A stretch of 64,000 nt of DNA from Octopus sinensis (GCF_006345805.1 NC_043014.1:37448001-37512000), one strand, 5' to 3'. Positions 34,985 through 48,139 are shown, numbered from the stretch's first letter. A program made the numbers and translations. Notes: generated from the letters alone by a model not told the origin.

Positions 34985-37680
34985 CTATATAGTAGAAGTA
35001 AAAACAAAGTCAGTATCATCACCATCATCATTATCATTGTTTAACATCCACTTCTTCATGCTTGCATGAGTCGGATGGAGTTTGCTGAGACAAATTTTCT
35101 ACAATCAGATGCCCTGTCACCTCTCAGTTGTTTGCAAGTAAGGGAATACCTCCCCATGGCTAGATGTATTTCAGAAGATTGAAAATGAAGGACACCTCTT
35201 ACATGATGGTGACACTCATTCCCAAATACCACATGATGTCAAAGCAAGCAGACAGTAACACACACATATACATGCACATGCACGCAAACACACACATAAA
35301 TACACACACACACACACAAACACACATACACAAAGACACACACACATATATACATATACACAAAGACGCGCATACGTACACACACAAACACATATGAGAA
35401 CTTCTCTCAGTTTCTCTCAACCAAATCCACTCACAAGGCTTTGATTGGCTTGGAGTTATAGTACAAGACACTTGCCCAGAGTGCCACACAAGTGGAACCA
35501 AACCTGAAACCTCATGGTCGAAAAGCAAACTTCTAAGCACACAGCCATGCCTAGATATACTTACGACATGTTTAAAGATTTATCAAAACCCTATTCTTTT
35601 TGACACAAAGTTAAAATTTTTTTTTGTCTTTGGTTAGTAAGTGTTATTTCCAATTTGCTTCTATCTAGAAATCAAAAGAGATGATTACTATTCCCGTCAA
35701 ACTTTGCTTTTGTGATCTGGACATCAATGTTTTGAAATGGACTTATTTTCCATTACATTTTAGACAAATTCAACACTGAGTTGCTAGAGCAGAAGTATTG
35801 TTATACCAAATATCCTGCTCAGTACCACAGATATGCTTGTCAGTTGCTTGACCATAACCACTTGAGCATGTCCCTTAGTGGCTGACAATATGTGCATCTC
35901 TGATGATGAGCAGGTGTAGTGGGGGTGTGGAACATCATAGCCATGTACTGAGAAGGATTCTTTGGGGTTTGAATAAATGTAACACAAGCAAAATTTGAAG
36001 GAAATATTAGCCATTTTTCATTCTTTCTATGGGAAGGAAAATAGGAAATAACAGTTGTCACCCAAGAATTAAAATTGTGTTACACAATATTGTTAGTCAA
36101 GGCATGGCTGTGTGGTAAGAAGCTTGCTTCCCAACCACATGGTCCTGGGTTCAGTCCCACAGTGTAGCACATTGGGCAAGTATCTGCTACTATAACCTCG
36201 GGCCAACTTTCTCAGGGTAAGCAAATAGGAAATAATAGTTGTTACCCAAGGACAAAATTCATGTTACACAGTTTAATATACTACTTTTTACTCCAAACAT
36301 TATTTGTGATCTCTTGACAATAAAACAAAATAAACCCTAAACAGAAATAAGCCACCCTCCATTCACTTATGAGCCCCAACAACTCTGTCTTATGAGCTGA
36401 AAAGAATAGCATTTACTTGTTTCAGTCAGTAAACTATGGCCTTGCTGGGGCATTGCCTTGAAGGGTTTAGTCAAATAAATTGACTCCAGTACTTAGTTTT
36501 TAAGTCTCACACTTATTCTATTGGTCTCTTTTGCCAAACCACTAAGTTACATGAATATAAACAAACCAACACCAGTTGTTGAGTGATAGTTCACTCACAC
36601 AAACATGATGGGCTTCCATAGAGTTTTTCATCTACCATCATTCACAAGGTCAGTCTGGAGCTATGGCAGAAGACACACTTGCCTAAAATGTTGTGCAGTG
36701 AGACTGAACCCAAAACCGCTTGGTTGCAAAGCAAGCTTCTTAACCACATAGCCATGTCTATGACTTTTAGAAATTTATAGAAGAACAGAAATCTAAACCC
36801 TATGAAATATTTACTGAAAAGAAAAGAAATTTCAAAAAGCAATACGTTGGAGAGTTGCTGCTGTTGCTAACCCAAACACCGAGCAGTTTAAAATGAATTA
36901 ATGAAATTGATGTAAATATACATTTCTTGGACGGCTTCCTTCTGAAGATAGGCCTTTGCGCCCGAAATATAAAGGTTTTTGTAAAACTTTCTGCATTGTT
37001 AGGAGCTGTTTTCTATTTCCCTTTCCTTTTTCTAACTAAGTTATTATTTTAAAATAAGATAGAAATATATAAACAATGCAAAGAAAGAAAGATGAAAAGA
37101 GAAAAGCTTTTTTAATAGATATTTATTTACCCATCTAACAAGTTACCACAGCACGACATCGCAGCCCCATCAAACTGACCATAACTGATACCACGACATG
37201 CTTGTTGTGGCTGCCTTACTCATATTTTGGCCAATAGACATTTTGAGAACTAGCTACCTCTGTAACTTCTCCACATAGTTTCATACACCTCTTTCTTCCT
37301 ATTTTTTCTCCTTCAATTTTCTCACTTACCAGGTCCTATACTAAATATTTTGCCCAGTACTTCCTCATCCAGGCTACAGTTCTGGATTTCCCACTGCTCC
37401 TTCCAACTATATTCTCCTGCAAACATTAATCTGCAAATGCTCAAACAGAATATCAACTGCATCAACCTTAGCGAATAACTAATAACAGAAAAAAAAAAAG
37501 GAATTTGCATTGTAGGTACAGATGTGGTTGTGTAGTAAGAAGCTTGCTTCCCAACCACATGGTTCCGGGTTCAGTCCTACTACATGGTACCTTGGGCGAG
37601 TGTCTTCTCAGGATGACCAAAGCCATGTGAATTGGGTAAATAGAAACTGAAAGAAGACAATTATATATATATATATGTAT

Positions 37681-40600
37681 CATCATCATCATCATCATCA
37701 TCATCGTTTAACGTCCGCTTTCCGCGCTAGCACGGGTTGGACGGTTCGACCGGGTCTGGGAAGCCAGGGGCCGCTCCAGGCTCCAGTCTGAATCTGGCAG
37801 AGTTTCTACGGCTGGATGCCCTTCCTAACGCCAACCACTCCGTGAGTGGATTGGGTGCTTTTTACGTGCCACCTGCACAGGGGCCGGAGGGTCCGGCATC
37901 GGTCACGATCGGTTCGAGCTTTTAACGTGTCAGCGGCACGGGGGCAACGAGGTCCGGGGTACTTTGGGGATCGGGGTACTTTGGGGATCCAGGGTACTTT
38001 GGGGATCCGGGGTACTTAGAATGGGTAGGGGGTATGTGGAATTGCTGCAGAAAGCAGCCCGGGTCTTTGTAGTCACAGCATATCTCCAGAGATCTCGGTC
38101 CTTCGCCATTGCCTCAGTGAGGCCCAATGCTCTGAGGTCATGCTTGACTACCTCATCCCATGTCTTCCTGGGTCTACCTCTCCCCCTGATACCTTCAACT
38201 GTTTGGGAGTGGCACTTCTTCACACATCTCTCTTCATCCATCCGCAGCACATGACCATACCATCGCAAGCGTCGCTCTTGCACACCACATCTGATGCTTC
38301 TTATATCCAGCATTTCTCTCAGGATGCTTACACTCTGTCTTGCGTGCACACTGACACTACACATCCAGCGGATCATGCTAGCTTCATTTCTTTCAAGTCT
38401 ACGCATGTCTTCTGCAGTCACAGCCCATGTTTCATTACCGTGAAGCATGGCAGTTCGCACACATGCATCATACAATCTACCTTTTGCTCTGAGGGAGAGA
38501 CCTTTTGTTGCCAGTAGGGGTAGGAGCTTTCTGAACTTTGCCCAGGCTATTCGTATTCTAGTGGTGATACTCTCTGTGCATCCACCTCCGCTACTAACTT
38601 GGTCACCCAGGTAGCGGAAACTATCAACTACTTCTAGTTTCTCTCCCTGGAGTGTGATGGAATCTGTTTTCTGAGTGTCTGTTGTGTCTATTGTCCCTGT
38701 GCATCTGCCACACATGAAAGCTATCTTATCTGTTAATTTCCCTTTAATGTTGCTGCACCTCTTATGTGTCCATAACTTACATTGGGTGCATCTTATGGAG
38801 TTTCTACCTGTACCTTTCCTACAGGTTGAGCAGGGCCACCTACCCGAGGGGGTGTGTGCTGAGTACCTCTTGCTGCTTACTAATACTTTGGTCTTTGCTA
38901 CATTTATTCTAAGGCCCTTTGATTCCAACCCTTGCTTCCACACCCGAAATTTCTCTTCTAGTTCCGGTAGTGATTCTGCTATGAGAGCTAGGTCATCGGC
39001 ATAGAGGAGCTCCCAGGGGCATCCCGTTTTGAATTCCTCTGTTATTGCCTGAAGGACTATGATGAATAAAAGGGGACTGAGGGCTGAGCCCTGGTGCACA
39101 CCTACTTCTACCCGGAATTCTTCACTATATTCGTTGCCAATCCTAACCTTGCTGACAGCCTCTCTGTATAGAGCCTGTACAGCCCTTATTAGCCATTCTT
39201 CAATCTCCAGTTTCCGCATCGACCACCAGATAAGGAACGGGGAACCCTGTCAAAGGCTTTCTCCAAGTCTACAAAAGCTATGTAGAGGGGTTTATCTTTA
39301 GCTAGGTACTTCTCCTGCAGTTGTCGGACCAGGAATATAGCATCAGTGGTGCTTCTACCTGGTACAAAACCGAACTGCATTTCATCTAAACGAATTCTCT
39401 CCCTAATGAGATTGGTTATGACCTTCTCTGAGACCTTCATCACCTGGTCCAACAGTTTGATACCTCTGTAGTTATTTCTATCTAGAGCATCACCCTTACC
39501 CTTGTAGCAGTTGACTATGGTGCTGCTGCACCAGTCATTGGGTATGACTCCATTGTGAACTACCTGGTTTACAATGCGGGTGACTATGGCATAGCCCACA
39601 TAGCCAGCTGTTTTAAGCATCTCAGCAGTGATTCCTGATAGGCCAGGGGCTTTGCCTGGTTTCATATCCTTAATTGCCTTATCTACAAGGGAGCTGTCTA
39701 TTCGGTAGCTGGTCCCTCTACTGGGTCAACATTTGGCAGGCTCTCCTCCTCCCATTCATTCTCCTCATTCAGCAGTCTTTCATAATGGCTTCTCCAAGCC
39801 TCTTTCTTTTCACTAGTAGTAAAAGCAAGTACCCCATCATCCATGCGGACACATTTCTCTCCTATAACATCGCTATTTTCTCTGACACACTGTCTGGCAA
39901 TCCGAAATACTTCAGCTCTTTGATCCTTGCGACGCTGGACATTGGCAAACTTCTTCTTTTCTGCTACATCTTTGGCAATGTATACCTGCCGCCCAGCCTC
40001 CCTTTTGGCTATCTGGTACAGTTCCCTGCTGCCCCCATCCTTCCAGGCTTTCCAGGCCCGTCTCTTTTCACAGATGGCTTTATCTACTGCACTATTCCAC
40101 CACCACGTAATTCTAGGTCTGGAAGGGACTTTGCACCATCCACAGACTTGGTCTGTGGCACTCAGCAAGCTGTCCCGTAGGAATTCCCAGCTACCTTCTA
40201 TGTCTGACGTCTGAAGCTCCTCCTCCCTCTCATCAAATTTCTTGATGAGTATGTCCCTAAATTTCTGACCATGCGAAGGGTTCTTTAGCCTCCAAATCCT
40301 TCTTTTCTGGATTGGTTTGTTTCTTGGAGTCATTCTGGCCTCAAACTTAAAGTCACTGATGATTAGTCTATGCTGAGGGATACATTCTTCACCCGGGAGG
40401 GTCTTTGTATTCAAGAGCAACCCTGCATCCCGTTGTCTGGTGAGGATGAAGTCTATTTGGCTAGCGGAGTCTCCTGACTGATAAGTTATAAGGTGGCAGA
40501 CTGGCTTCTTGAAGTTAGTGTTGCAGATTGAAAGGTTACATGCATCACAGAATTCCAGCAGTCTAGTTCCCTCATCATTTCTGGTGCCAATACCATAGCC

Positions 40601-41163
40601 ACCATGTACCCCAGTGAAGATACCCGATTCCCGCCCAACATGTCCATTAAAATCTCCACCTACAAAGATGAGGTCCTTGTTACTAGTCTTTGAAGTAGCC
40701 TGCAGAAGGGTATCATAAAAGTTGTCCTTCTGGTCATTTGGTAGTCCCGCTTGTGGGGCATAGGCTGAGATAATCATAGCTGTGCCACTCTGTAGGACCA
40801 ACCTGAGCTTAAGCACTCTATCACAAACCCTGACAACCTCTATGAACTTATCCACCCATTCCTCCGCAAGGAGAATGCCTACACCCCCTACACCTTCCAC
40901 GTTACCTTGCCAGTAGAGTTTGTACCTAAGTGCCTTGCCCGTGAGGACCCTAGCCGAAGCATCTCTCCATCTTACCTCTTGTATGCAGCATACATCAACC
41001 TGTCTTCTCTCTAGCATCTCTACAATCTCACTAGACTTGCCTGTCAATGTACCAACATTGATAGTGCCAACTCTGAAAACTGGGAAGGAGATGTGGGGGG
41101 GACGGGGGGGATTCGGCGCCTGAGAAGAGGAGGGTTGTTGTGGTGGTGATAGTTTTCGTGATT
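37681..41163 (-). mobile_element. Near full-length RTE-clade LINE inside a COQ9 intron
   Basis: APE endonuclease (CCIQEVRW, GDFNGHVG, SQIDFIL, QHRL) in 39698-41047, RT (VDLEKAFDRVP, GVHQGSALSP, LYADDL) in 37930-39665, then a 3' UTR and (GAT)n tail. The frame stays open upstream of 41047 but has no ATG. Confidence 0.95.
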
Positions 41164-41212
41164 ATATATATATATATATATGTATGTATATATATATATA
41201 TATATATGTATG

Positions 41213-41309
<97 letters not shown>

Positions 41310-41514
41310 CCCTCTCTCTCTTTCGGAGAGGCACTGAGCAGCTATACGCAATATACACACACGGCAGTAACTTCCACCTACCGAATTCAATCACAAAGCT
41401 CCGGTCGGCTCGGGGCTATAGTGGAAGACACCTACCCAAAGTGCCACGCAGTGGAACTGAACCCGAAACCATGTAGCCAGGAAGCAAGCTCCCTAACCAC
41501 ACAGCCATGCCCAC

Positions 41515-41553
<39 letters not shown>

Positions 41554-42041
41554 ATATATTATATATATATATAATATATATATATGTATATATATATATA
41601 TATGTGTGTGTATGTGTGTGTGTGTATGTTTCTTTGTGTCTGAGTTTGTTCCCCATCACTGCTTGACAACTAGTGTTGCTGTGTTTACGTCTCCATAACT
41701 TAGTGGTTCAGCAAAAGGAATCAATAGAATAAGTACCAGGGTTTAAAAAAAATAAGTAATGGGGTTGATTCATTTGGCTAAACATTCTTCAAGGTGGTGC
41801 CTCAGCATGGCCACAGTCTAATGACTGAAACAAATAAAAGATACAAAGATGTAAGCATTAAAAACCATAATATCCTTTACCTAAGAACTAAAACAACATA
41901 AAATGTTCGATAAATGTTTGAATGCCTGCAATGAGTTGTGATTGAAAACATAATTTTCAAGACTATAAACATCGTGTCAAAAGATTTGGCATTAATAGCT
42001 TGAAAATTATAATTGTATTCTTTTCAGAAAAGATTACTTAC

Positions 42042-42146
42042 ATCAGTTGATTTGTCTCCTGCATAAAACCAAACGTCATCCACAAGTTGTAAAAGGTTAC
42101 ACCAAGACTGGCAAGCATTTTGAGGTAAAGCTTGCAGAGCCATTGC
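42042..42146 (-). CDS. COQ9: COQ9 coding exon (105 nt)
   Basis: AMALQALPQNACQSWCNLLQLVDDVWFYAGDKSTD. AAACAG|...GAT|GTAAGT. Confidence 0.95.
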
Positions 42147-43231
42147 CTGTTTTAAAGATTAATAAAGATAAAATAAACAACAGTGTATCAGTAATATCAG
42201 GCTAAAATAGCTCAATAAACTGTAAAAGCTTCATCAAAGAAGTGATGAGGAAGGATATATGGCTAAACCTTCATCATCATCATCATCATCATCATCGTTT
42301 AACATCCGTTTTCCATGCTAGTATGGGTTGGACAGTTCAACTGGGGTCTGGGAAGCCAGGAGGCTGCACCAGGCTCCGGTCTGATCTGACAGTGTTTCTA
42401 CAGCTGGATGCCCTTCCTTATGCCAACCATTCCGTGAGTGTAGTGGGTGCTTTTTACGTGCCACCTGCACAGGTGCCAGGGGAGGCTGGCAACGTCCACG
42501 ATCAGTTGGTGCTTTTTACATGCCACTGGCATGGAAGCCAGTCAAGGTGGCGCTGGCATTGCCCATGTTCGGACGGTGCTTCTTATGTGCCACTGGCATG
42601 GGTATCACAACTACAATTTCCATTTAATTTTTATTTTGATGTTGATGTACTTGACTCAATAGGTCTCCTCAAGCACAGCAGGTCGCCCTACGATCCTCAC
42701 AAGGACTAATGTAAAGTGATATTAGCAACAAGATACTTTTCTACATAGATGTGACCATTGAAGTGTTGTTATTAAGGTGGCGAGGGCAGTGAGCTGGCGG
42801 AATTGTTAACACGCTGGCCAAAATGCTTAGTGGCATTTCACTCATCTTCACGTTCTGATTTCAAATTGCGCCAAGGTTGACTTTACCTTTCATCCTTCTG
42901 GGAATAAGTACCAGTTGAACATTAGGGTTGATGTAATCAACTTACCTCTGAACCAACCAAATTTGCTGGCCTTGTGCCAAAATTTGAAATCATTATTAAG
43001 ATGGTGAGCTTGCAGAATCGTTAGCATGCCACATAAAATGCTGCTAAGTATTTTGCCTGTCTTTACATATTCTGAGTTCAGCTTTGCCTGTCACCCTTTC
43101 TTTTGGGGTTGATTGAAATAAGTGCCAGTTGGGTACCAAGTTCAATGTAATCGACTTACCTTCCAATCCCCCAAAACTGCTAACCTTGTACCAAAATTTG
43201 AAGCCCTTTAGCATTCAGATTACTCTGTTTA

Positions 43232-43522
43232 ATGAATGCTACTCAAGGATGCTATGAATGGCAGCAACATATGACAAATGAATGCCTTCATGGAAACCTG
43301 CCAAAAGTTAGCGAGAAGATCAGGCAAAGATGGCTGCGACTATCTAGTCACAGTATGCACGACCCTGAATTGGGAGCACCCAAATTAGTTTTGCCAGACC
43401 TACTTCATGGAGATGTAGGAAGAGGAAAACGTCATCACACTTACGTAGACAACTTGATGTCAGACACTGAACTTTGTTGTTGTGGCCCAGGTCGGAACCC
43501 AGCCATAATAATAATAATAATG

Positions 43523-43556
<34 letters not shown>

Positions 43557-43570
43557 TGATGATAATGATG

Positions 43571-43628
<58 letters not shown>

Positions 43629-43640
43629 TAATAATAATAA
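43232..43640 (+). mobile_element. Old RTE-type LINE 3' fragment with an expanded (AAT)n tail
   Basis: MTNECLHGNLPKVSEKIRQRWLRL...GRGKRHHTYVDNL followed by ~135 bp of (AAT/GAT)n. A related copy lies at ~48790-49100. Confidence 0.65.
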
Positions 43641-43816
43641 TATAATGCTTATTTATCCACATTGTTTTCAATTAATCATGCATTATCTCATAGCTTTGAG
43701 ATTTCAATGAAGTGACTATATATTTTTAGAATGACATTGCAGGTTATGTATGAGAGGCCAGTCCTGATTGGTTTGGATATAAAACAGGCAAAATATCTGG
43801 GCCAGTTATGGCCAGT

Positions 43817-44155
43817 TTAACCCTTTAGAATTCAAACCAGCCATATCCAGCCAAAATATTTAACCTGTTTTATGTTGAAACTGTCCAGATCTGGCCTCTC
43901 ACTCCAACCCTACAATGTCAGTCTAAAAATTAAACAATCACATCTCTTTTACTTGTTTCAGTCATTTGAGTGTGGCCATGCTGGAGTGTGGCCATGCTGG
44001 AGCACCGCCCTTAGTCGAGCAAATCGACCCCAGGACTTATTCTTTGTAAGCCTAGTACTTATTCTATCAGTCACTTTTGTTGAACCGCTAAGTTACGGTG
44101 CCGTAAACACACCAGCATCGGTTGTCAAGCGATGTTGGGGGGGGGACAAACACAG

Positions 44156-44216
<61 letters not shown>

Positions 44217-44491
44217 TACGACGGGCTTCTTTCAGTTTCCATCTACCAAATCCACTCACAAGGCTTTGGTTGATCCGAGGCTATAGTAGAAGACACTTGC
44301 CCAAGGTGCCACGCAGTAGGACTGAACCCGGAACCATGTGGTTGGTAAACAAGCTACTTACCACACAGCCACTCCTAAGCCTAAGTATCATTGAAATCTC
44401 TACGACTACAAGATAATGCATGATTAATTCAAAACAACATGAATAAATAAATATCATATTTGACAGAGTAATTTGAATACTAAAGGGTTAA
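43817..44491 (+). mobile_element. piggyBac-like MITE (family 2) with a nested antisense family A SINE (~43944-44376)
   Basis: TTAA|CCCTTTAGAATTC...GAATACTAAAGGG|TTAA. An empty copy lies at 50093-50314. Confidence 0.8.
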
Positions 44492-44526
44492 ATGCTAAAA
44501 AGTGAAGTGCATCAATCTAAATATAC

Positions 44527-44614
44527 CTGTGGCCACTGCTCAATGTAAGGTGTCAGCATCATGAGACGATCTTCAACAGCATTTTGAATAAATACACGTG
44601 TGGAGGGCTTTGAA
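44527..44614 (-). CDS. COQ9: COQ9 coding exon (88 nt)
   Basis: SKPSTRVFIQNAVEDRLMMLTPYIEQWPQ. ATTTCAG|...CAG|GTATAT, phase 2 to 0. Confidence 0.93.
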
Positions 44615-46661
44615 CTGAAATCAATAATGAACGGAGAAGACAACATCAGTATGAGTATCTCTACATAAGCATAACAAAAAGACGAATGATGAGAAAGACA
44701 TTTTTAAATGGGTGCTGGCATGGTCATGAGGCATGGTCATGTGGTTCACTTTTTAATTATGTGGTTCTACTTTTGATCCCATTGACATATTAAGCAACAG
44801 CCCTTAGCCGTTGACTGAGATTGCTGAATGTCTTGGGAATGAAATTTGGTAGACAGAAATTGTGTGGAAGACAGTTGAATATGTGTGTATGTATGAGTGT
44901 GATCATTAGTTTGTTACTTCTTCTATGCTTGCAGTTTGGACAGACTTTCTCTAGCACTATGTCTCACCAATTGCTATGGTTTCTAGCTGTCTTTCTTAGA
45001 TTCAGTAAACCAAGACAAACCTGCAACACTACTTCCCATGCCATCTTCTACAGGCAACTTTCCCCTGGACTGTCTACAACTTCTTCCTTCCAACTGTTAT
45101 CCTTCATATGCTCAAACATGTCCTTCCTAGAACAGTCTTCTTTCTAGTATAGTACAGCCAATTCCATTCCTCCTGTATCCATTTCCCCCCTCTGTTCATT
45201 TGAGCTGAGAGGGTGGTTACCACATTCAACAATACTTTTAAGAACCAGAGGAAATTCTTTGGTTGCCTGAGTGGTTTTGTTAGGAGCTTCCTTATACATG
45301 CAAATGCTGTATAGCTTGTGCTGTCAATTGAAGCAATGAAACCTAACCTCTGCTAGTTATAAAAGCTTCTGAGTTACCTGATTCTTCTTGTACCTGAATA
45401 TGCTTCTTGTTTTCCCCATTATGATAAGATAGTTTAATAACCTGTTGCATTGTATTTCATTATCTACCCATATACAAAGCACATCTATATATATAAATCT
45501 CAACTTGTATGTCTGTGTATGTATCTGTGTGTGTGTCTGTGTGTTTAACTTCCCGGCACATCTCCTCCTAGCCAACAAATTGTAGAACCACCAAAAATGG
45601 GTCACTTAAAGTTTAGGCGAATGAAAATTGAACTGCGCTATTTCTGTTCCAAAATTCATCTCGCAAGTGCAAAAATTGATAATGTGTTTGTTTAGGCATT
45701 ACCCCATGCATTGAATAGTGAACTTTACTCAGTCAGTTGTTTGACGTGAACTGTGTTTACCACAGGTGCAAGCATGCGTAAATTGCATGAAAAATAAAAA
45801 ATCAAGATATAAAAACGAATCGCCGTAAACATTGTAGAAATTCAGCAAAGAAATGAATTTTCGGGATGTAGCTTGGAGGGTTTTTTCGTATTAAACGTTT
45901 GGACTTTGTGAACACATACCAATTGTTTTCATAACATTTTTCACGCTTTGAATTAAATGTGACCATTTTGCATTGAGTCTGCAGTTTGAATCACTTTAAC
46001 CAAATTTTAGCAGGCTGGATTTTTGATCATCACGATACATCGCCAGCGACTCCCTGAAACTCTCCCCTGAAATCTCCGTTGAGAAATACTGATCTAAAAG
46101 AATAATTCAACAATGCAATTATTTGATCAACAAAAATTTATGAAACGCTTCTATGTACTTCCTATTGAGGAAATGGAATACATAAGCGCAAAAATAGAGG
46201 GCATTAAATGCTTGATTTTAAAACCAAAATAATTGAATTTTGATTGAACTTCATCCAAGTTTAGCTTAATTCGCGCATGCATAGAACGCACGAGCCAAGC
46301 AATACTGCTAGTCTTCCATATTTTGCTTCTTGAATGAGTAACTTTTATTGATAATAATGAGGGTGTGAAGGTAATTTTTGTGATGACTCTTATTGTTGAC
46401 ATGGGTCAAATTTAAATACTTACAACCCCACCCTCACCACCACTAAATCATCATCATCATTATTTTGTGTCCATTTTCCATGCTGGCATGGGATAAATGG
46501 TTAGACTGGAACTGGTAGGCTGGAGAGCTGCACCAGGCTCCAGTCTGTTTCGGCTTGGTTTCTATGGCTCGATGCCCTTCTTAAAACCAATCACTCTACC
46601 GAGGTCCCTTTAATGTGTCACTAGCAAGGGTGCCTCAAATGTGTCACTGGCATGGGTGCCT

Positions 46662-46876
46662 TTAACCCTTTCAGTACCAGCTCTGGCTCTGTAGTACAAA
46701 TGTCTTGTTTTGATAAGTTTTGAATTAAAATCTTCCACCAAACTTTAGTCACAATTTATGTTCCTAACACTAGCTTAATGATAACTAAGTTATTTTACTA
46801 AATTCTCTGTGATATTTAAAATTAATTAAAAGAAACACAGAGCATCTCAAAATAAATACGGTAATAAAAGGGTTAA
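46662..46876 (-). mobile_element. piggyBac-like MITE (family 1)
   Basis: Reverse-complement copy with TTAA on both sides. Confidence 0.85.
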
Positions 46877-47261
46877 CATGTCACTAGCACGAATAGCTTT
46901 TACGTGTCACCTTTTACCTATATATAACTGACATTTGCTGGCTTTTAATTTCCTCAGCACAGCAAACCTTATATCTACTGTGATGCTTTTCTTCAGCATC
47001 ATAGATGAACTTTCAACACTTACAACTTCAAGTGCTTGTGAATTATTGTGGGAGTATGGGTATGCTTGAGTGTGAATCATAGTTTCTTACATGTTTGCAT
47101 ACAATTATTATAATCATGTATTAATGTTACAATGAAAATATAGTCACTGAGAAGTGATAAAAAGATGTTAAACAGGGTATCACTGAAGTTTAATGACATT
47201 TCAGATTTTAGATGTAATGTCTAAATTGAGTTCAGTGATAAAATATGATAGCTGTTATTAC

Positions 47262-47403
47262 CTTTCATCCATCTCCTTACATTTCTTGTCTAGGTTTTCA
47301 GCCAACTTCTTATTGCAGTCTTGGTAAAAATAATTCACAAGGTCAGCACCTCCTTTAGGGAACATACCATGGCTTACACTTGGGTATCCTACAGCTTCAG
47401 CAC
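47262..47403 (-). CDS. COQ9: COQ9 coding exon (142 nt)
   Basis: (G)AEAVGYPSVSHGMFPKGGADLVNYFYQDCNKKLAENLDKKCKEMDE. CCAAAG|...AAAG|GTAATA, phase 1 to 2. Confidence 0.93.
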
Positions 47404-48014
47404 CTTTGGTAGTATCAAGGTAAAACAAAGAGTTTGCAAAAAGAGTTTTAAGATAAATGTCTAAATATATGAGAGATGTTGTTCAATAAATTATTGTTTT
47501 GGACAACAGGCATCTCCTATGCTATGGAATTCTGTGTTCCTGAAAAAATTTTTCTATCATGTGGAAATCCATAATGCAAAACTTATTTTCCTGTTGATTT
47601 CCATGCTATAAATTTAGATTCATTTTCATGGAATTTTTTTGAAAAATAAATATAATAAAAAAAAAGAAGCAAAATGTCACTTTTATACATGAACATTTTC
47701 ATTTTTAAATATACACATTACAATGTGTATACATAAAAACATCTGAAGACAAATACAAGAGGGAATAAATAAGAACATAGTAATGTAATAGTATGATACT
47801 GACTAACCACAATTGTGTATATTATGTAGGAGATTTTTTTCTATTAAAAACAATATGATGATAAGGCTGGGTTTGGCCAGCTTTAATGCTTAAGTACTAA
47901 GCTGTATTACATGAGTTTAATGTTTGTAATTAGATATATTTTATTAAATTATTTAGTTACTAATACAACCTCTTCGGAAAACTTAAACTGAAATATGAGA
48001 AGAAATAGTTTTAC

Positions 48015-48139
48015 CATCAATAAGTGCTTTTCTCGAAAATCCATGCACTTGAACAAATTGCAGTGATGCAGCTAATATTTTCTGTTTTATATCTTCATCA
48101 GATGGACTTTCTTTGTCATGACTATCATTTGAGTCAGAC
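48015..48139 (-). CDS. COQ9: COQ9 coding exon (125 nt)
   Basis: SDSNDSHDKESPSDEDIKQKILAASLQFVQVHGFSRKALID(G). TTTGCAG|...ATG|GTAAAA, phase 2 to 1. Confidence 0.93.

Noticed and set aside
34640-35960. Local duplication around the 156-nt COQ9 exon (34640-34760 versus 35825-35950)
   Set aside because: The same sequence occurs inverted at ~50450-50680, so it is a dispersed repeat family rather than a locus-specific duplication.
41031-41698. YI/HT/CV-rich ORFs, here and at 921-2180, 12082-12323 and 35164-35540
   Set aside because: These are dinucleotide microsatellites with no splice or homology support.
43441-43710. Poly-Ile and poly-Asn ORFs
   Set aside because: These are translations of an (AAT)n microsatellite tail.
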